DNA of 64,000 nt from Vicugna vicugna (Eukaryota), in the NCBI GenBank assembly GCA_013265495.1, contig MU058781.1, positions 8,661,009 through 8,725,008 of the forward strand, in the 5' to 3' direction. Both the position numbers and the translations under genes were made by a program. This document shows positions 1 through 12,070 of this stretch, in pieces. Position 1 is the stretch's first letter. Every line of letters begins with the position of its first letter. The notes under the pieces are model-generated. The model saw nothing but the letters and a program-made list of their open reading frames with translations. It was not told the origin of the DNA and searched no databases.

Positions 1-2439
1 TAGATTTTCCTAGAGTTAAATGGACTCAAGGATCAAATTCATCATAAATGTCTCACATATTCAGTATCTCCTGGAAGCACGCGTGACTGTGGTCAACAGC
101 AGCCAGCCCCCCAGAATCACAAGGATTTCCTGCCCCTGCTCTCCCACAATCTGGGGAAATGCTAATTTCCTGACTTCCAGGAAGAGTCGCTTTTAGCAGC
201 CAGTATGACAGGATTCACAGGGAAGCATCTTTCTGTAACGTAAGGAATCACTCTGATCCTCTACACTTGGTTCCCTTTGAGGCTACTTGGGCCCACCTCA
301 TGCTTTATTACTATGTTTCTTGTCCTCTACCCAGCCGTGCGAGCCCCAGTTACTGGTTTTCTGGTCTCTGCAGGAGATACTTCTATTTGCTCCTCGCATT
401 TCTCCAGTCTTTGGTTTCCTCCACTTCTTCCATCACTTTTCCCCTGTAGCTTTTTTTTTTTTAACTTTTTAAACTTCTTATTGAAATTCCCTTTTCTATA
501 ATGAACCAGCTTTCCTTACACTGTTAACGTCTTCACAAAAGTCTATGTCCTTGGTGATTATACTTCAGTGAGGCTGAGAAGAAAAAAGTCCATGCTCAAT
601 TCGTTTTTCTTTCTTAAATGGAAGTCACAGAAACAGAAAATCTTCAAAGTCTTCCAGACTCTTGATGCATGGAGCAGATGAAAGTGCAGTAAGAGGATGT
701 GTAGGAGAAGGTGGAGAGGAAGATCTGGTCCCCCTTGCTCAGCCTCCCCTGTGTCCCTGACCTGATCCCTCAGGGATGTCATTAGGAGTCAGGGTCCTAC
801 AGCCCTGCGTTCAGAGAAGCCGCCTCTCCCCCATAGCTGGGTGCCCCTGTTGACCCGGGTGCTGCTGCTTCTCCAGAACCACAGGGCCGCTCTCAGCAAC
901 CCCTGCTACTCCAGATCTCTGCTCTTCCTTCCTGCAGGGACCTGGGTTTGAAGGCCCATTTCTTTGTCTTCTCACTAGATCGTGAACCCCTACAGAGCAG
1001 TGAGTAGCTTCTAATTTTTGTGTTTCCTTGTGTCTGGCATGTGAGTGACTGAATGGTAGAAATGACCAAATGAAATGCTGGATTATTGACCTCTTTATAA
1101 ATACTAGTTCTTACAGGCGAACCCAGGGACTTGTACTGGCAGTAAGTACAATAAAGGAAACCTGTGGAACCTGGACTCATTGGGAGTTTCTTGACTGGCT
1201 TTACGTGGCCAGTTCATCAGGGAATGGTAGCTTGTTAACGTCCAGATTCACTTTACAGAAATGACTGCCGTGTCTAAAAGGATTAACTGCTATGATGACC
1301 TGCCTCAGGCGCCTACTTTGTTTGCCATTGTTTTAAGTGTTGAGAAACTTTTACCCTTTGGACTCCTCTCTTCTAGGTGTAGTGAAGACCATGCCCTTTA
1401 TGGTGGCATTGTTTCTTCTCGCAGGGCATAAAATGTGCAATGAAAGTTTTAGCTTTATTGGTTAGAAAAAATTTTGTCATGAGATTATACCCCAGTTATT
1501 TTGGATATGAAATGTCTCCAGAAATCCCCAGTTACGTATTTGAATACATCTGTTTAGATGATTTTTTCTTTTTGGATTGATAAATCCCATCAAGACTCAG
1601 AGTAATTTTAGTTTTAACTTTGGGCAGCTCTAAGCCTAACTCTCCAAGTGCTTACAATGGTCATATCTGGAGACAGTTGTATGGTAGCTGCAAACTCTTT
1701 CCTCCTTGAAGATTGTTCTAAAATTTAGAAAGGGCATCATGGTTATTGAAATATATTGCAGACATAGATCCTTATTTGTTTTATCTTAGATTGTTCGCTA
1801 AGATGTTTTTATGAGTTTCACAGGGCTACATGCCTGCGCATAAATACTGGGGTTAGTATCCGTTTGAATATTTGAATGTAGACAGTACCGACATGCAGAG
1901 TAGTCAAGAGTGCTTCCTTGGCACAGAAGCAGATTAATTGACCCTCTCTCTTTTCAGTGTTGCTCTAAGAGTTTTTTAAGAGTGTTATCAATGTACATTA
2001 GAAATTTTAAAAACAGGTAGATGTTTAAAAATAGTTTTTCATTCAAGAAAATTTTGGTCAAAGACTTAGATGACATTATGAGTATTTTATATAGACTAAA
2101 TATCAATTTGCAGGAAGGGTATAAGGAGTAAGAGAAATGAACATGGAGAAGAAGCAACATTTCCTCCTTATCTGCTACTTGTAGAAAACTGTATTTTTCT
2201 TGATATATCTATGGATTTATTAAACTTTGATTAGACTATTTGTAAGACTCAGAAAAACAGGGACTATCAAGTATTAAGTTGTGTTTCTACTTTGAAGACA
2301 TTCAATATATTATAATCTCTGTAAATTTCTGTGCTGTTTTAATCAAGAAGTGTTTGCTCCAATGTTTATCCACAGTCAAAGCTCAAGTTTGATTTATGTT
2401 CTGAAACATTGTTTTCAAGGACCCAGGAGATGCTGGATG

Positions 2440-2545
2440 CTCATCCAGCTCCAGCACTAGCTCCACGAAGTGTGGGACTTGGGGTCTTGATCATTGTGTC
2501 CTCTTGAATCTCAGTTTTCTCAGTTGTGAAATAAGGGAATGATAT
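2440..2545 (+). mobile_element. MIR SINE fragment
   Basis: MIR core-like ...tctcagttttctcagttgtgaaataagggaatgat. Confidence 0.5.
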
Positions 2546-3750
2546 CACTCTATGTTTTTGTGTTTTCTCAGATGCTGTGAATTTTAAAATTCTGTACAAA
2601 TTATTTCTTTTGGTGCTTCACAGAAAAGAGGGAAAGGTTTCCGTATGTTTTCTGTATTATTCAAGTATAGAGACAAGGGTACATCTCTGTTTAATTTAGA
2701 ACTAAGTTTCAGGAAAATGTGAGTGATGATATTGGATTAACTTTATATTCCACTTTCATTCTAATTGATATTTCAAGGCTATCTAAAATGAAGACTTCAA
2801 ATTCAAAGTATTTGAAAATTTCTTAAGGTATTATTCTTACCAGCATTCATATTTTGAAGGATAAGGCTTTAAAAAAAATGTCTGTGCTGGGTACATTTCT
2901 AAAGAAAAATTTTTTCAGGCTTTATTTCAGGCCTATGAACCTGAACAAAGCTCACTAAACTAAAAGAACAGGATATGAGAAGGGAATGTTTAGAACAAGA
3001 ATACTCTTTGAGAAATTGTGTTAAAATTTTGTGTCTTGATTTGGTCACATACAGTGTGGCATGAAAATTCCACAGTTGGGGTCTGATTTTGGGCTTGGAG
3101 TCTGGTTCTGGTCTCCCCTAGCATTTTAAAGCCAAATTCAATAAAAACAGGAAATAATATTTTAAACAAATTACTTAAGCATCTCTATTTTGAACTTCTC
3201 CTCTTAATTTTCTGGTGTTCTGCTTACTCCATAAAATTTGGCCTTGGACTGTTGTTTTGTGACCTGATCTAGTGTTGATAATGTCACCAGAACATTTTCC
3301 CTGGGTTGTTGCATATTGGCTGTGCTGTTTCCAAATATATTACATAACCCACTACTTAATGGTGACCTTGACAAAGTGCACACAAGTGCCAGCCATGGTT
3401 ACTGTATGCTCTTGGTGGCATCAATACCTTTTTGTTTTCCACACTAATATTTTTTGTCCTGTGGGAGTGTTTCTACATTGCTAAAGAACCTTAAAGTTTT
3501 GTATTCAGTTGGCTCCTCTCCACACCCTTGGGGACTGTTGCGTTCACTTTCACCAGCTGTCACTTTGGAATACATTTCTAAACTCTACCTCCAGCTTTAT
3601 TCCCAGCCAGTTTACCTGCATGTCCGGAGACTTGATGGGTATTAGCAGGACACACTAAACCTGAGGTTCCGTTTTAATTTCCTGCTATCCCAGTACTTGA
3701 CCAGCTTCTCCTGACAGCTAGTGGCACCAGTATTCTTTTCTTTCCTTAGC

Positions 3751-3971
3751 CTGGGGATGCACAACCTCTGGCCTTTGGGCCAAATCTGACCTGCAGTTTG
3801 CTTATTTTAAAGAAAGTTTTATTGGAACAGACACACACCCATTTGTTTTAGTATATGCCTGCTTTTTGCTCTAAGGTGGCAGAGTTCTTCATCACAGATC
3901 CCAGAGACCTGTGATCACTCAAGCCTGAAGTAATTTACTCTCTGGTCCTTTATAGAAACTGTTAATCCCTG
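3751..3971. mobile_element. MER58A-like hAT-Charlie non-autonomous DNA transposon
   Basis: gggccaaatctgacctgc...aaagttttattggaacag...agcctgaagtaatttactctctggtcctttatagaaa...ccctg resembles the MER58A consensus. Confidence 0.75.
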
Positions 3972-4184
3972 TCTTAGGCTCAGAACCTTGGCATCACTTT
4001 TGATTCATCTTGGTGTTTGCCGAGTGTATTCTAGCAAGAATACTCATCTCTTTTTAACTTCTTTTTTGATCCTCCACATATGTTCACCTCCTCACATCCT
4101 TTTGCCTAGGATATTAAATGAATTTTCCCACGTGTTGGCTTCTTTTCCTGGATATTTCATTTCACACCTTGCCACCAGGGTCCT

Positions 4185-4255
4185 TCTTTTTTTTTTTTTT
4201 TAATTTGAGGTATAGTCAGTTTACAGTGTTGTGTCAGTTTCTGGTGTACAGCACA
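4185..4255 (-). mobile_element. Very short young L1 3' tail (about 70 bp) with poly(A) and target-site duplication (TSD)
   Basis: Poly(T) followed by ttgaggtatagtcagtttacagtgttgtgtcagtttctggtgtacagc, the same terminus as the copies at 34129 and 45945. TSD caccagggtcct 4173-4184 / cactggggtcct 4256-4267. Confidence 0.85.
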
Positions 4256-5879
4256 CACTGGGGTCCTGTTGTCAAAGTTTGGCTCCACTCTATGTCCACT
4301 GTGCCGCCAACACAGGCAATCTCCCCACTGCCTGCTAAGTTAGACCTGTCGAGCCTTTCTTCATCAGGCTCCTTCCCCCGTATGAGCCTTATTAGTCTCC
4401 CTTATACAGAAATTCTTTCTGTGATGAAATACTTTCTCTCAGCTTCCTCCCTTCTTGTCTTTGTCCATCCTGTAACAACTGCCTGGAGCTTTCTCTGCCT
4501 TCGTTTTCTCCCATTTTCAACTCCTGTCTGTTAAAATCCTCCCAAAATTTTTCATGAAGTTTTTTTTTACTGTCTTATTCTGTGTGCATATTCTTTTTCC
4601 CTCCATGGTGTGTTGCCTGTACATCTTTCTGTCACTTAAGAGCACTTTACTTGATGCTGTGTTGTGTTCTTTTATGGCTCATCCATTCGTAAACCATAAG
4701 CTTGTAGAGTGCAAAGCACATTTCTTTCTCTTAACTGTGGTCCCTTAAACACTCACTATCATGATTTAGATGTGCTTAATAATTAAGTAATTGAATCACA
4801 TTATTGGAAACAGGCTTTTTTATTTGAATTTAACTATTGGTGACCTCACAGACTCTTGGATATTTGGCAGTGATTCTGGCTGCATAGCTAAAGGTTTTGA
4901 GGAAACAGATGTTATTTCCTTGTATATATTGTTAACGTTAAATGGAAAGATTTTTTGTTTGATAAGGTATTTCACATTTCCTACAAGAAAATTATTTGTG
5001 TGCAATGATGTGCTTGGTACTAATAAAAAAAAAAAAAGGTAGAACCATGTGGCAGAGCCAGACAGCAATTCTTTTGGATATGTTCAGCAATCTACCAAAG
5101 TCAGATTTTCTTGATTCCATTAAGTTGTTTTTTTTTTTTTTTTAAGGATTCCAAGTGGAAAGGTTATACCAAAGTACTCTGAGAACTTACTGAAATGAAA
5201 TGCTTGCATGTGCTGCTAAAATGGTATCTTGTCGCCTGCCTGCTCATTCATTTTATCATTCTCTTCATACTTCCCAGAAGGTTTTGGTGTGGCTGTTGAT
5301 CACAAACAGCTAGTTCTGTTAATCCACCCGCACCCCACTTTTGGCTTTCAGTTCTGAATTTGTACTCTTGAAAAAGTTGACAGAAACACTGAAGTGTGCA
5401 GGGTATAGAGGCTTTTTACTTCCTAGTGGTATAGTCTAGAAGTTACATGCCTGGAAACCGGGCTGCTGACATCCTTAGCTTTCTCAGTTGGTTTCAGAAA
5501 ACTAGACTCCTAGGGGGTCAGTTTGGTGTCTAAAACACAGTTCCCGAGCACCCAATCAAAAAAGGTAAAAAAAGCATCACAATTCCCAAACCTACATAGT
5601 TGGAAAAGAATTGAAGACTTGAAATCTTAATAGAAAATGGACCAAGACTGTGAATAGTTTCTAGGAAAAGATAATTAGCTCTACCTGTCTTACCACTGTC
5701 TCCTAGCGCAGTGTTTGCCGTACGCATGCATGCCTGGACAAATGAGTGACACCCACATGAGATACATCCCAGCCTCCTCATAAACAGGAAAAAAACGCCA
5801 AGTGAAATAACCAGATGTGTATACCTTTGAATGAACATTTCTACTTCTTAGAGTTTATGTTGGGGTAATAGACAGCTTA

Positions 5880-6150
5880 GCATAGATTTCACATCTAGCT
5901 TTTCCTAATCTAGAAATACTTTCTCAGATATTCAAAGATATCTATCCATCATTCATCCACCTACCTACACATCCATCCATTCACACACACACATATACAC
6001 ACACACACACACATGTACATGTACGTATATACATGTAACTATATGCATGTTTATTGTAAAATAACTTGTAATAGTGAAAAATGGGAAATAACCTAAGTGT
6101 CTATCAGAACAAGAGTAATTAAATGAGTAGTATACTCACTGTTATGTTTA
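5880..6150 (+). mobile_element. Old L1 (L1ME-like) ORF2 3' fragment containing a (CA)n microsatellite
   Basis: atgtttattgtaaaataacttgtaatagtgaaaaatgggaaataacctaagtgtctatcag is a degenerate L1 ORF2 C-terminal sequence. Confidence 0.55.
5981..6040. repeat. (CA)n / alternating purine-pyrimidine microsatellite
   Basis: tcacacacacacatatacacacacacacacacatgtacatgtacgtatatacatgt. Confidence 0.9.
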
Positions 6151-6159
6151 GAAAGGCTG

Positions 6160-6810
6160 AGATTCCATTCCTGGGTATATATCTGAAAAAAATGAAAATA
6201 CTGATTCACAAAGGTACATGCACCCAAAGTGTTCACAGCAGCATTATTTATAATTACCAAGATATGGAAGCAACCTAAGTGTCCATCAACAGATGATGGG
6301 ATTTGTGTGTATATATACATGTGTAAACATGTACGCACACACGCACGCACATAATGGAATGCTACTCAACTGTAAAAAAGAATGAAGTCTCGCCATTTGC
6401 AACAACATGGATGGACTTGGAGGGCATTATGCTAAGTGAAATAAGTCAGACTGAGAAAGATGAATACTGTATGATATCACTTACATGTGGAATATAAAAA
6501 ATAAATTAATGAGTATAACAAGAAAGAAAAACCACAGATATAGGACCAACTAGTGGTTACAGTGGGGAAAGGGAAGCGGGGAAAGGTAAAATAGGGATAA
6601 GGCATTAAGAGGCCTTTTTTTTAATGCATAAACTATTATGCATAAAATAAATAGGCTATGAGGATATATTGTACAACATGGGGAATATAGCCAATATTTT
6701 ATAATAACTATGAATGAAGTATAACCTTTAAAAATTGTGAATTACTGTATTATACACTCGTAACTTATATTGTCCATCAACTATACTTCAATTAAAAAAT
6801 GAAGAAAAAA
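6160..6810 (+). mobile_element. 5'-truncated L1 (artiodactyl-type 3' end), sense to CDKAL1
   Basis: ORF2 C-terminal sequence (tgcacccaaagtgttcacagcagcattattt...caacctaagtgtccatcaacagatga; aacatggatggacttggagggcattatgctaagtgaaataagtcaga), 3'UTR ending ctatacttcaattaaaaaa, then an A-rich tail. Confidence 0.9.
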
Positions 6811-7514
6811 AGGATGCAGTTGATGTTTAGGTAAAGACTCAAAAGGAAAGATACACAAGTTGTATTGGACGGAAGTTGTAAATTAGAATGTTTCCTATTT
6901 GTGTGTAAGTAGTGAACACAGGTTTCCTTACACATCATACCCGCATATATGAGGGATGGTCTGGACGGAAGCGTGCATGTAAGTCTGTGACTTGTAGGCA
7001 GCCTCTGGGGATTAGAACTGAGGAGATGTGAGAATCCTCGGGAGGGAGGGAGTGTTATACCTTCTGTTTCTTTCTTTCCTGTTCTGTTTTTAAAATGTGT
7101 ATTTTACTTCTATACTAGACAAAAGACTAGGAAGTCATGTAGTATGTTTTAGGTATCTTTTCATCAATATTTAAAATAAATAACTTATTTGTATGGCTAA
7201 CATCTATCTGGAAAAAGTGGCTTTCAGGAATGATTTATATCCTTGAGAATGCTGTATAAGTAAAATGTGTTTTATAATGGGACGATAATGAAAGACATTA
7301 TCAGATTGGACTGCTGTTGTGTTCTTTAATGTTACCACAAATAGACACATAGTTCAGAAGTCTTAATATATTTTCTTTAAGCCGTTGTAAGCAAATCCTG
7401 CTTCATACTAGATGGACTTGTTATTTTTTAGGGAACTTATATGCACTTACATCAGTTTCCAAGGGTACACTTGGAAGGAAAAGAATTAACATGGTTTTCT
7501 CTTCAATCTTGTAG

Positions 7515-7611
7515 AAAAGCTCAAGAGGAGAACAAGAAAATAGTGCTGGCTGGATGTGTTCCTCAAGCCCAGCCTCGCCAGGACTACCTTAAAGGACTGA
7601 GTATCATAGGG
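7515..7611 (+). CDS. CDKAL1: CDKAL1 internal coding exon (97 nt; about exon 6), N-terminal MTTase/UPF0004 domain
   Basis: Acceptor ttttctcttcaatcttgtAG (AG 7513-7514) and donor GTaagc (7612). Translates (K)[32 protein letters not shown], including the methylthiotransferase 'GC' motif, recognised as CDKAL1. Confidence 0.97.
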
Positions 7612-8374
7612 GTAAGCTTGTACCTGATGAGGAAAAAAAAAACTTATGTTGTCAAAGCATGTAGTGGCCCCACATTTTATTTTTGATTTCTAGGTTATTT
7701 AAAGCTGTGTTGCACTTAAAGCTGTCTTTCACACACTTTCCCTGTTGCCACTGAAACTTGGTCTTGTTTGTGTAACTTTTAAAGTTATCACAGAACGTGT
7801 TCTAGGTTCTCTCATTTAAAAAAGAATGGCGCAATAAAAAGCCATGGTATGGAATTTAAGTTCGTTCCTTATAACCTGGTCTGCATCTGCCTGTCCAGCA
7901 CCATCTCTTGCTATGTCATAGTATACAAGTGCCTCTTTGGGAACGTCCCACTTCGCCATGCTCGTCTCCCAGGTCTTGGCTTCAGCGTGACCCGTTCTGT
8001 AAGTGCTCTGACACCTGTGCGGCCTCCCTGATCCCGGCTCTGGCTTCCCTGTTCTTTCTGTGCTGTTACCTGTCATTTGCTCTGTCTGCATTTTGCAGAG
8101 CTGCAATTTTGGGGGGTTATAACTTATATGATTTTTTGAATAAAGCCGACCTCTCTATTTGAATTACTAGGTTCCCAATGATAGCGTTATCAGTCTTAAA
8201 CCCCCACCCTGCTTCCCAGCCTTTCTCACGACGCCTGACAGTCGGCAGCGTCAGTGTTTGGTGACCGACTGAATGGAGGAGTCCTCTTGTTGTACACTTG
8301 TGGTCGGCCTGCTTATTCCCCTGTTGGACAGTGAGCTCTGGGAAGTCAGGACACTGCTACCTGCTAGCTCTCTT

Positions 8375-8946
8375 TTTTTTTTTTTAAACATTTTTTATTG
8401 ATTTATAATCGTTTTACAATGTTGTGTCAAATTCCAGTGTTCAGCACAATTTTTCAGTCATTCATGGACATATACACACTCATTGCCACATTTTTTTCTC
8501 TGTGAGNNNNNNNNNNNNNNNNNNNNNNNNNNNNNNNNNNNNNNNNTTTTTTAGATTCCACATATGAGTGATCTCATATGGTATTTTTCTTTCTCTTTCT
8601 GGCTTACTTCGCTTAGAATGACATTCTCCAGGAGCATCCATGTTGCTGCAAATGGTGTTATGTTGTCGGTTTTTATGGCTGAGTTGTATTCCGTTGTATA
8701 AATATACCACATCTTCTTTATCCAGTCACCTGTTGATGGACATTTAGGCTGTTTCCATGTTTTGGCTATTGTAAATAGTGCTGCTATGAACATTGGGGTG
8801 CAGGTGTCATCCTGAAGTAGGGTTCCTTCTGGATACAAGCCCAGGAGTGGGATTCCTGGGTCATATGGTAAGTCTATTCCTAGTCTTTTGAGGAATCTCC
8901 ACACTGTATTCCATAGTGGCTGCACCAAACTGAATTCCCACCCCTT
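8375..8946 (-). mobile_element. Young 5'-truncated L1 with uninterrupted ORF2 C-terminus (ORF 8551..8928) and perfect 11-bp TSD
   Basis: ORF reads [14 protein letters not shown]...[24 protein letters not shown]...ILSEVSQKEKEKYHMRSLICGI*. Poly(T) at left end. TSD ctagctctctt at 8364-8374 and 8947-8957. Confidence 0.95.
8507..8546. other. Assembly gap (40 N) inside the L1 3'UTR
   Basis: Run of 40 n. Confidence 1.
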
Positions 8947-9889
8947 CTAGCTCTCTTATCCTCTGTGGCCATCACTGTTCACAGATGCCCAGAGGGAGTT
9001 AGCATTCAGACCATATTTGTTGACCAAAGGATGGTGCTCCTTCCTTCCCACCATTCTACTAAAGCTGATCTCATTGTGCTCAGTAACCATCTTCTTTTAA
9101 AGAGGCTTTATCAATTCAAAAAAATATAAAAATATTGTATGTTCTTAGAAAATAACTAGATGAATAATTGGCACCCGGACTGAGATTTATTGAGTTTCCC
9201 TCATTGGATGTATGGTTGATGGGTCCTTACACTGTGTTCTCAGTGTAATGAACTTGTTTTCAGCTGTGAAGTCCTTGCCCCACTGGCAAATTTAATAATC
9301 TTTGAACAAACACTCTCATGTTAAACAAACAGAACCTGAATGTTTGGGAACTTTAGTTTGTTTTCACCACTTGTCTGTTTACATTTTGATTTCTCTTGGT
9401 TTAAGGAGTGAAATGAATATGGACTCCTAAGTTATCTTTTCATGTCAGACCAACTTTCTCCATAAACATAAGCCTGCTGTGTTAGGGAAATAGGAAACTA
9501 GTTAGAATTCTGTTTTAGAGATGGAGTGTGGTAAAAGCTTGGAATTCATCTTTGAGTTCATCTCAAGGAATTAAGTTACAAGAATAGTAGGATTTCTGTA
9601 GTATGACAAAAGCCTCTTCTCTGTGTGCATTATGGTGAAGTTTCCCTGAGCTCCACTGTGTGCTGTGAAGAGCTGAGTACATGTGAAGATGTTGGGGAAG
9701 TCCTCAAGATAGCGTAAGAGAGGATGCTCAAGTGCTGGTGATGTGGAAGACGATTTTCAGAGATGATGTCAACTCCTGGCTACTGCAGATAAACATATTT
9801 TTTCCTATTTAATCTAGCACCCTTTTTATTCTATCACTTTGTCTCATTTTATTACTATTAAAATTTGTTAGATTTATTTAGCTTCTTTA

Positions 9890-10270
9890 TAACTGGAGGA
9901 ATAATGCGTTTGAAAAAATAGAAAATTCAGTTCTCTCACCCTCACTCAATAATTATAACTTTGCTTATCCTTTCCAGACTTCTAACCTCTGCATATTTTG
10001 CTTGATTGTAATCTCAAAACAATTTTGTGTCCTTATTTTTCCATGAGATTTTATTCCATGAGCTCTTTAACCATTTTAAATCCTGTGTTAATCTATTGAA
10101 GGATATACCATATATTACTAAACGTTTCTTAAATGTTGGATATAAATAGTTTCCTAATTTTTAGGAAATATCCATAATATAATAATGCTCGGCAAGGGCT
10201 TTTTATTTAAATTTTAGATCAGTATACAGTGAAAAGTTTCCAGAAGTAGAATTGCACTGTAAATAGCAAC
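9890..10270 (-). mobile_element. Ancient L1 (L1ME-like) 3' fragment
   Basis: ggatataccatatattactaaac...gttggatataaatagtttcctaattttt...tttccagaagtagaattgc, a degenerate antisense L1 pattern. Confidence 0.45.
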
Positions 10271-10545
10271 ATTTTAGAGTTATGATTTAATTATATCTTC
10301 AGCATTTAGTATTGTTATTAAACTAGAAGATTATTCTCTGTCAACCTCATTTTATAGAGCATTTTTATCTGTGGCAGCTATATGACGTCTATTATAAATG
10401 ACTTTATATATAAAAAACATGTTGAGGAGAACTGAAAATTTTGAAAAAAAATTTGAAGTATGAAACCAAAATCATCTGCATTTGGAGAGATCTATTTCCG
10501 AGTAGAATTATTGAATTGCTACGAAATCAGAAACCTTCTGAAATT

Positions 10546-10603
10546 CAGTGAGTTACAGTGAAATAAAGTGGTACAGTGAAATAGAGTTACAATGAAATAA
10601 AGA
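10546..10603. repeat. Degenerate 15-17 bp tandem repeat (tacagtgaaata core, 3 copies)
   Basis: gagttacagtgaaataaagtggtacagtgaaatagagttacaatgaaataaag. Confidence 0.75.
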
Positions 10604-11879
10604 AATGAATTATATTGGTTTACACAAAGAAAAAACAATTTTGAGGTGTCAAAAAATATGAAGATGCTTAAACTCAGGGATTGGGAAACTATTTTTATGA
10701 GGCTGTTTAGAATTGTGTTGCACAGTTAATTTCCAGACTGTTTGGGAACTGCTGCTCCTTCACAGAATCTTCCCCTCACAGATGTTTGTGATGGAGGGCA
10801 TTAACAGAGCTGGAGGGAAGACCAGCTACAACTGTGTGCTGTGCTTTCGCCTCCTGCTGGGATTTGTCTGTGTCACCCCGCAGTCCAGGGAGGATGTGTC
10901 AGTTCTGTTGACCAAATGGTTTAAAGAAGAAGATGGTGAGCAGGGTACTAACTGCACACCATTTTGCAAGTGCTCATGGAGTAAGCACCCAAGAATATAC
11001 TTCATAAGGAAAAATACTACCATTGCCACATGTTCATTTCCAACCATATCAGACTTTAGAAATGAAGCATTTAATTTGTTTCCATAATCGGAGATAGCAG
11101 TGTGGTAAGGACACATTGTAATTGGTGATTTGACTCCTAGGCTTTATATTATCATCTGTCTTAATGTCTCCTGAATCTAGTTGTGATTAATATTATTAAT
11201 GTGGTGGTGCACAGAAGGAAAATAGTAGGACATCAAAACCAGAAGTAACACCTGTCAGCTTCTGGGTCCAGAAAAACTGGCTTTGGTGGCAGTAATCTCT
11301 GGCTTCTTCCATGCTGAACAGCAAAGCTGTCTCATTTTTTCATAGGGAGAGAGGAGAAAGAGCAGACTTGAAAACATAGATGTCTTGGATAAAAAGTTCT
11401 TTTTTTAACCAAAAAAAATTTTTTCCTAGCACGATTAAATGAAGTTTATGATGTGTATCTAGAATATAAAGTTATGTAAACATAAATTTGTAGATAACCA
11501 GTGCAGAATCAAGATCTTTTTCATTTTTATGTGATCTTGAAACATTTTACCTTACAGTGCAAATTTTCATTTCTCTTTTGACAAATACAAAAATGGTTAA
11601 CTATTCACCTTGGAATTCATTTTCAAGCAGTGTCACTTTTTTTTTAAATCACTACTATTTGTTTACATTGATTACTCTGTATCTAGCTGTAGGTAGTTCC
11701 AGTAGTTCCAGGATCTTGTGATGATCTGTTGAATGCTGCTTTCCTTCTCTTCAGTTCATTTTTTGACAGGAAAGTTTTAGGTTAGTCAACCAGAAAGGAT
11801 GTTCTCTTTTATAGTCTGGTAGCAAAAAAGAATAATAGACTTAAGCACTCAGAAAGCCAGGCTTTAATCCCAGGGCTGC

Positions 11880-11945
11880 CACATCATTCTCTTTTCTATT
11901 CACATCATTTCTTTTTTTCTATTCATCGTCATTTTTTTCTATTCA
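11880..11945. repeat. About 21-23 bp tandem repeat, 3 copies
   Basis: cacatcattctcttttctatt / cacatcatttctttttttctatt / catcgtcatttttttctatt. Confidence 0.8.
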
Positions 11946-11949
11946 GAAA

Positions 11950-12070
11950 GGTACTTTCTGAGTGCCTGCTGAGTGCTAGCTCCTAGTCCAGGTGCTGGGA
12001 ATGCAGCAGTCCATAGAATCACCAAAGATCCCTGTCCTCATAGAGCTCATGTTCCAGTTCATGGGGAGAG
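11950..12070 (-). mobile_element. L2 3'-end fragment
   Basis: tgagtgcctgctgagtgctag...ggtgctgggaatgcagcagt...atccctgtcctcatagagctcatgttccagt. Confidence 0.65.

Noticed and set aside
1..1000. GC-richer start of the window as a CpG island, promoter or processed pseudogene
   Set aside because: CpGs are sparse, the overlapping ORFs resemble no protein I know, and the T-run at about 451-462 has no clear TSD.
6866..6971. Repeated 10-mer TGGACGGAAG (6866 and 6962), ETS-like
   Set aside because: Only two short copies in probable old L1-derived sequence, with no other support.
7441..7686. 81-aa ORF as a standalone gene
   Set aside because: It is the CDKAL1 exon plus in-frame intronic flanks; splice sites bound the recognisable part at 7515-7611.
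8551..8928. 125-aa ORF (and 46433..46825) as host genes
   Set aside because: Both are L1 ORF2 C-terminal remnants in 5'-truncated copies with no promoter, endonuclease or RT domain.
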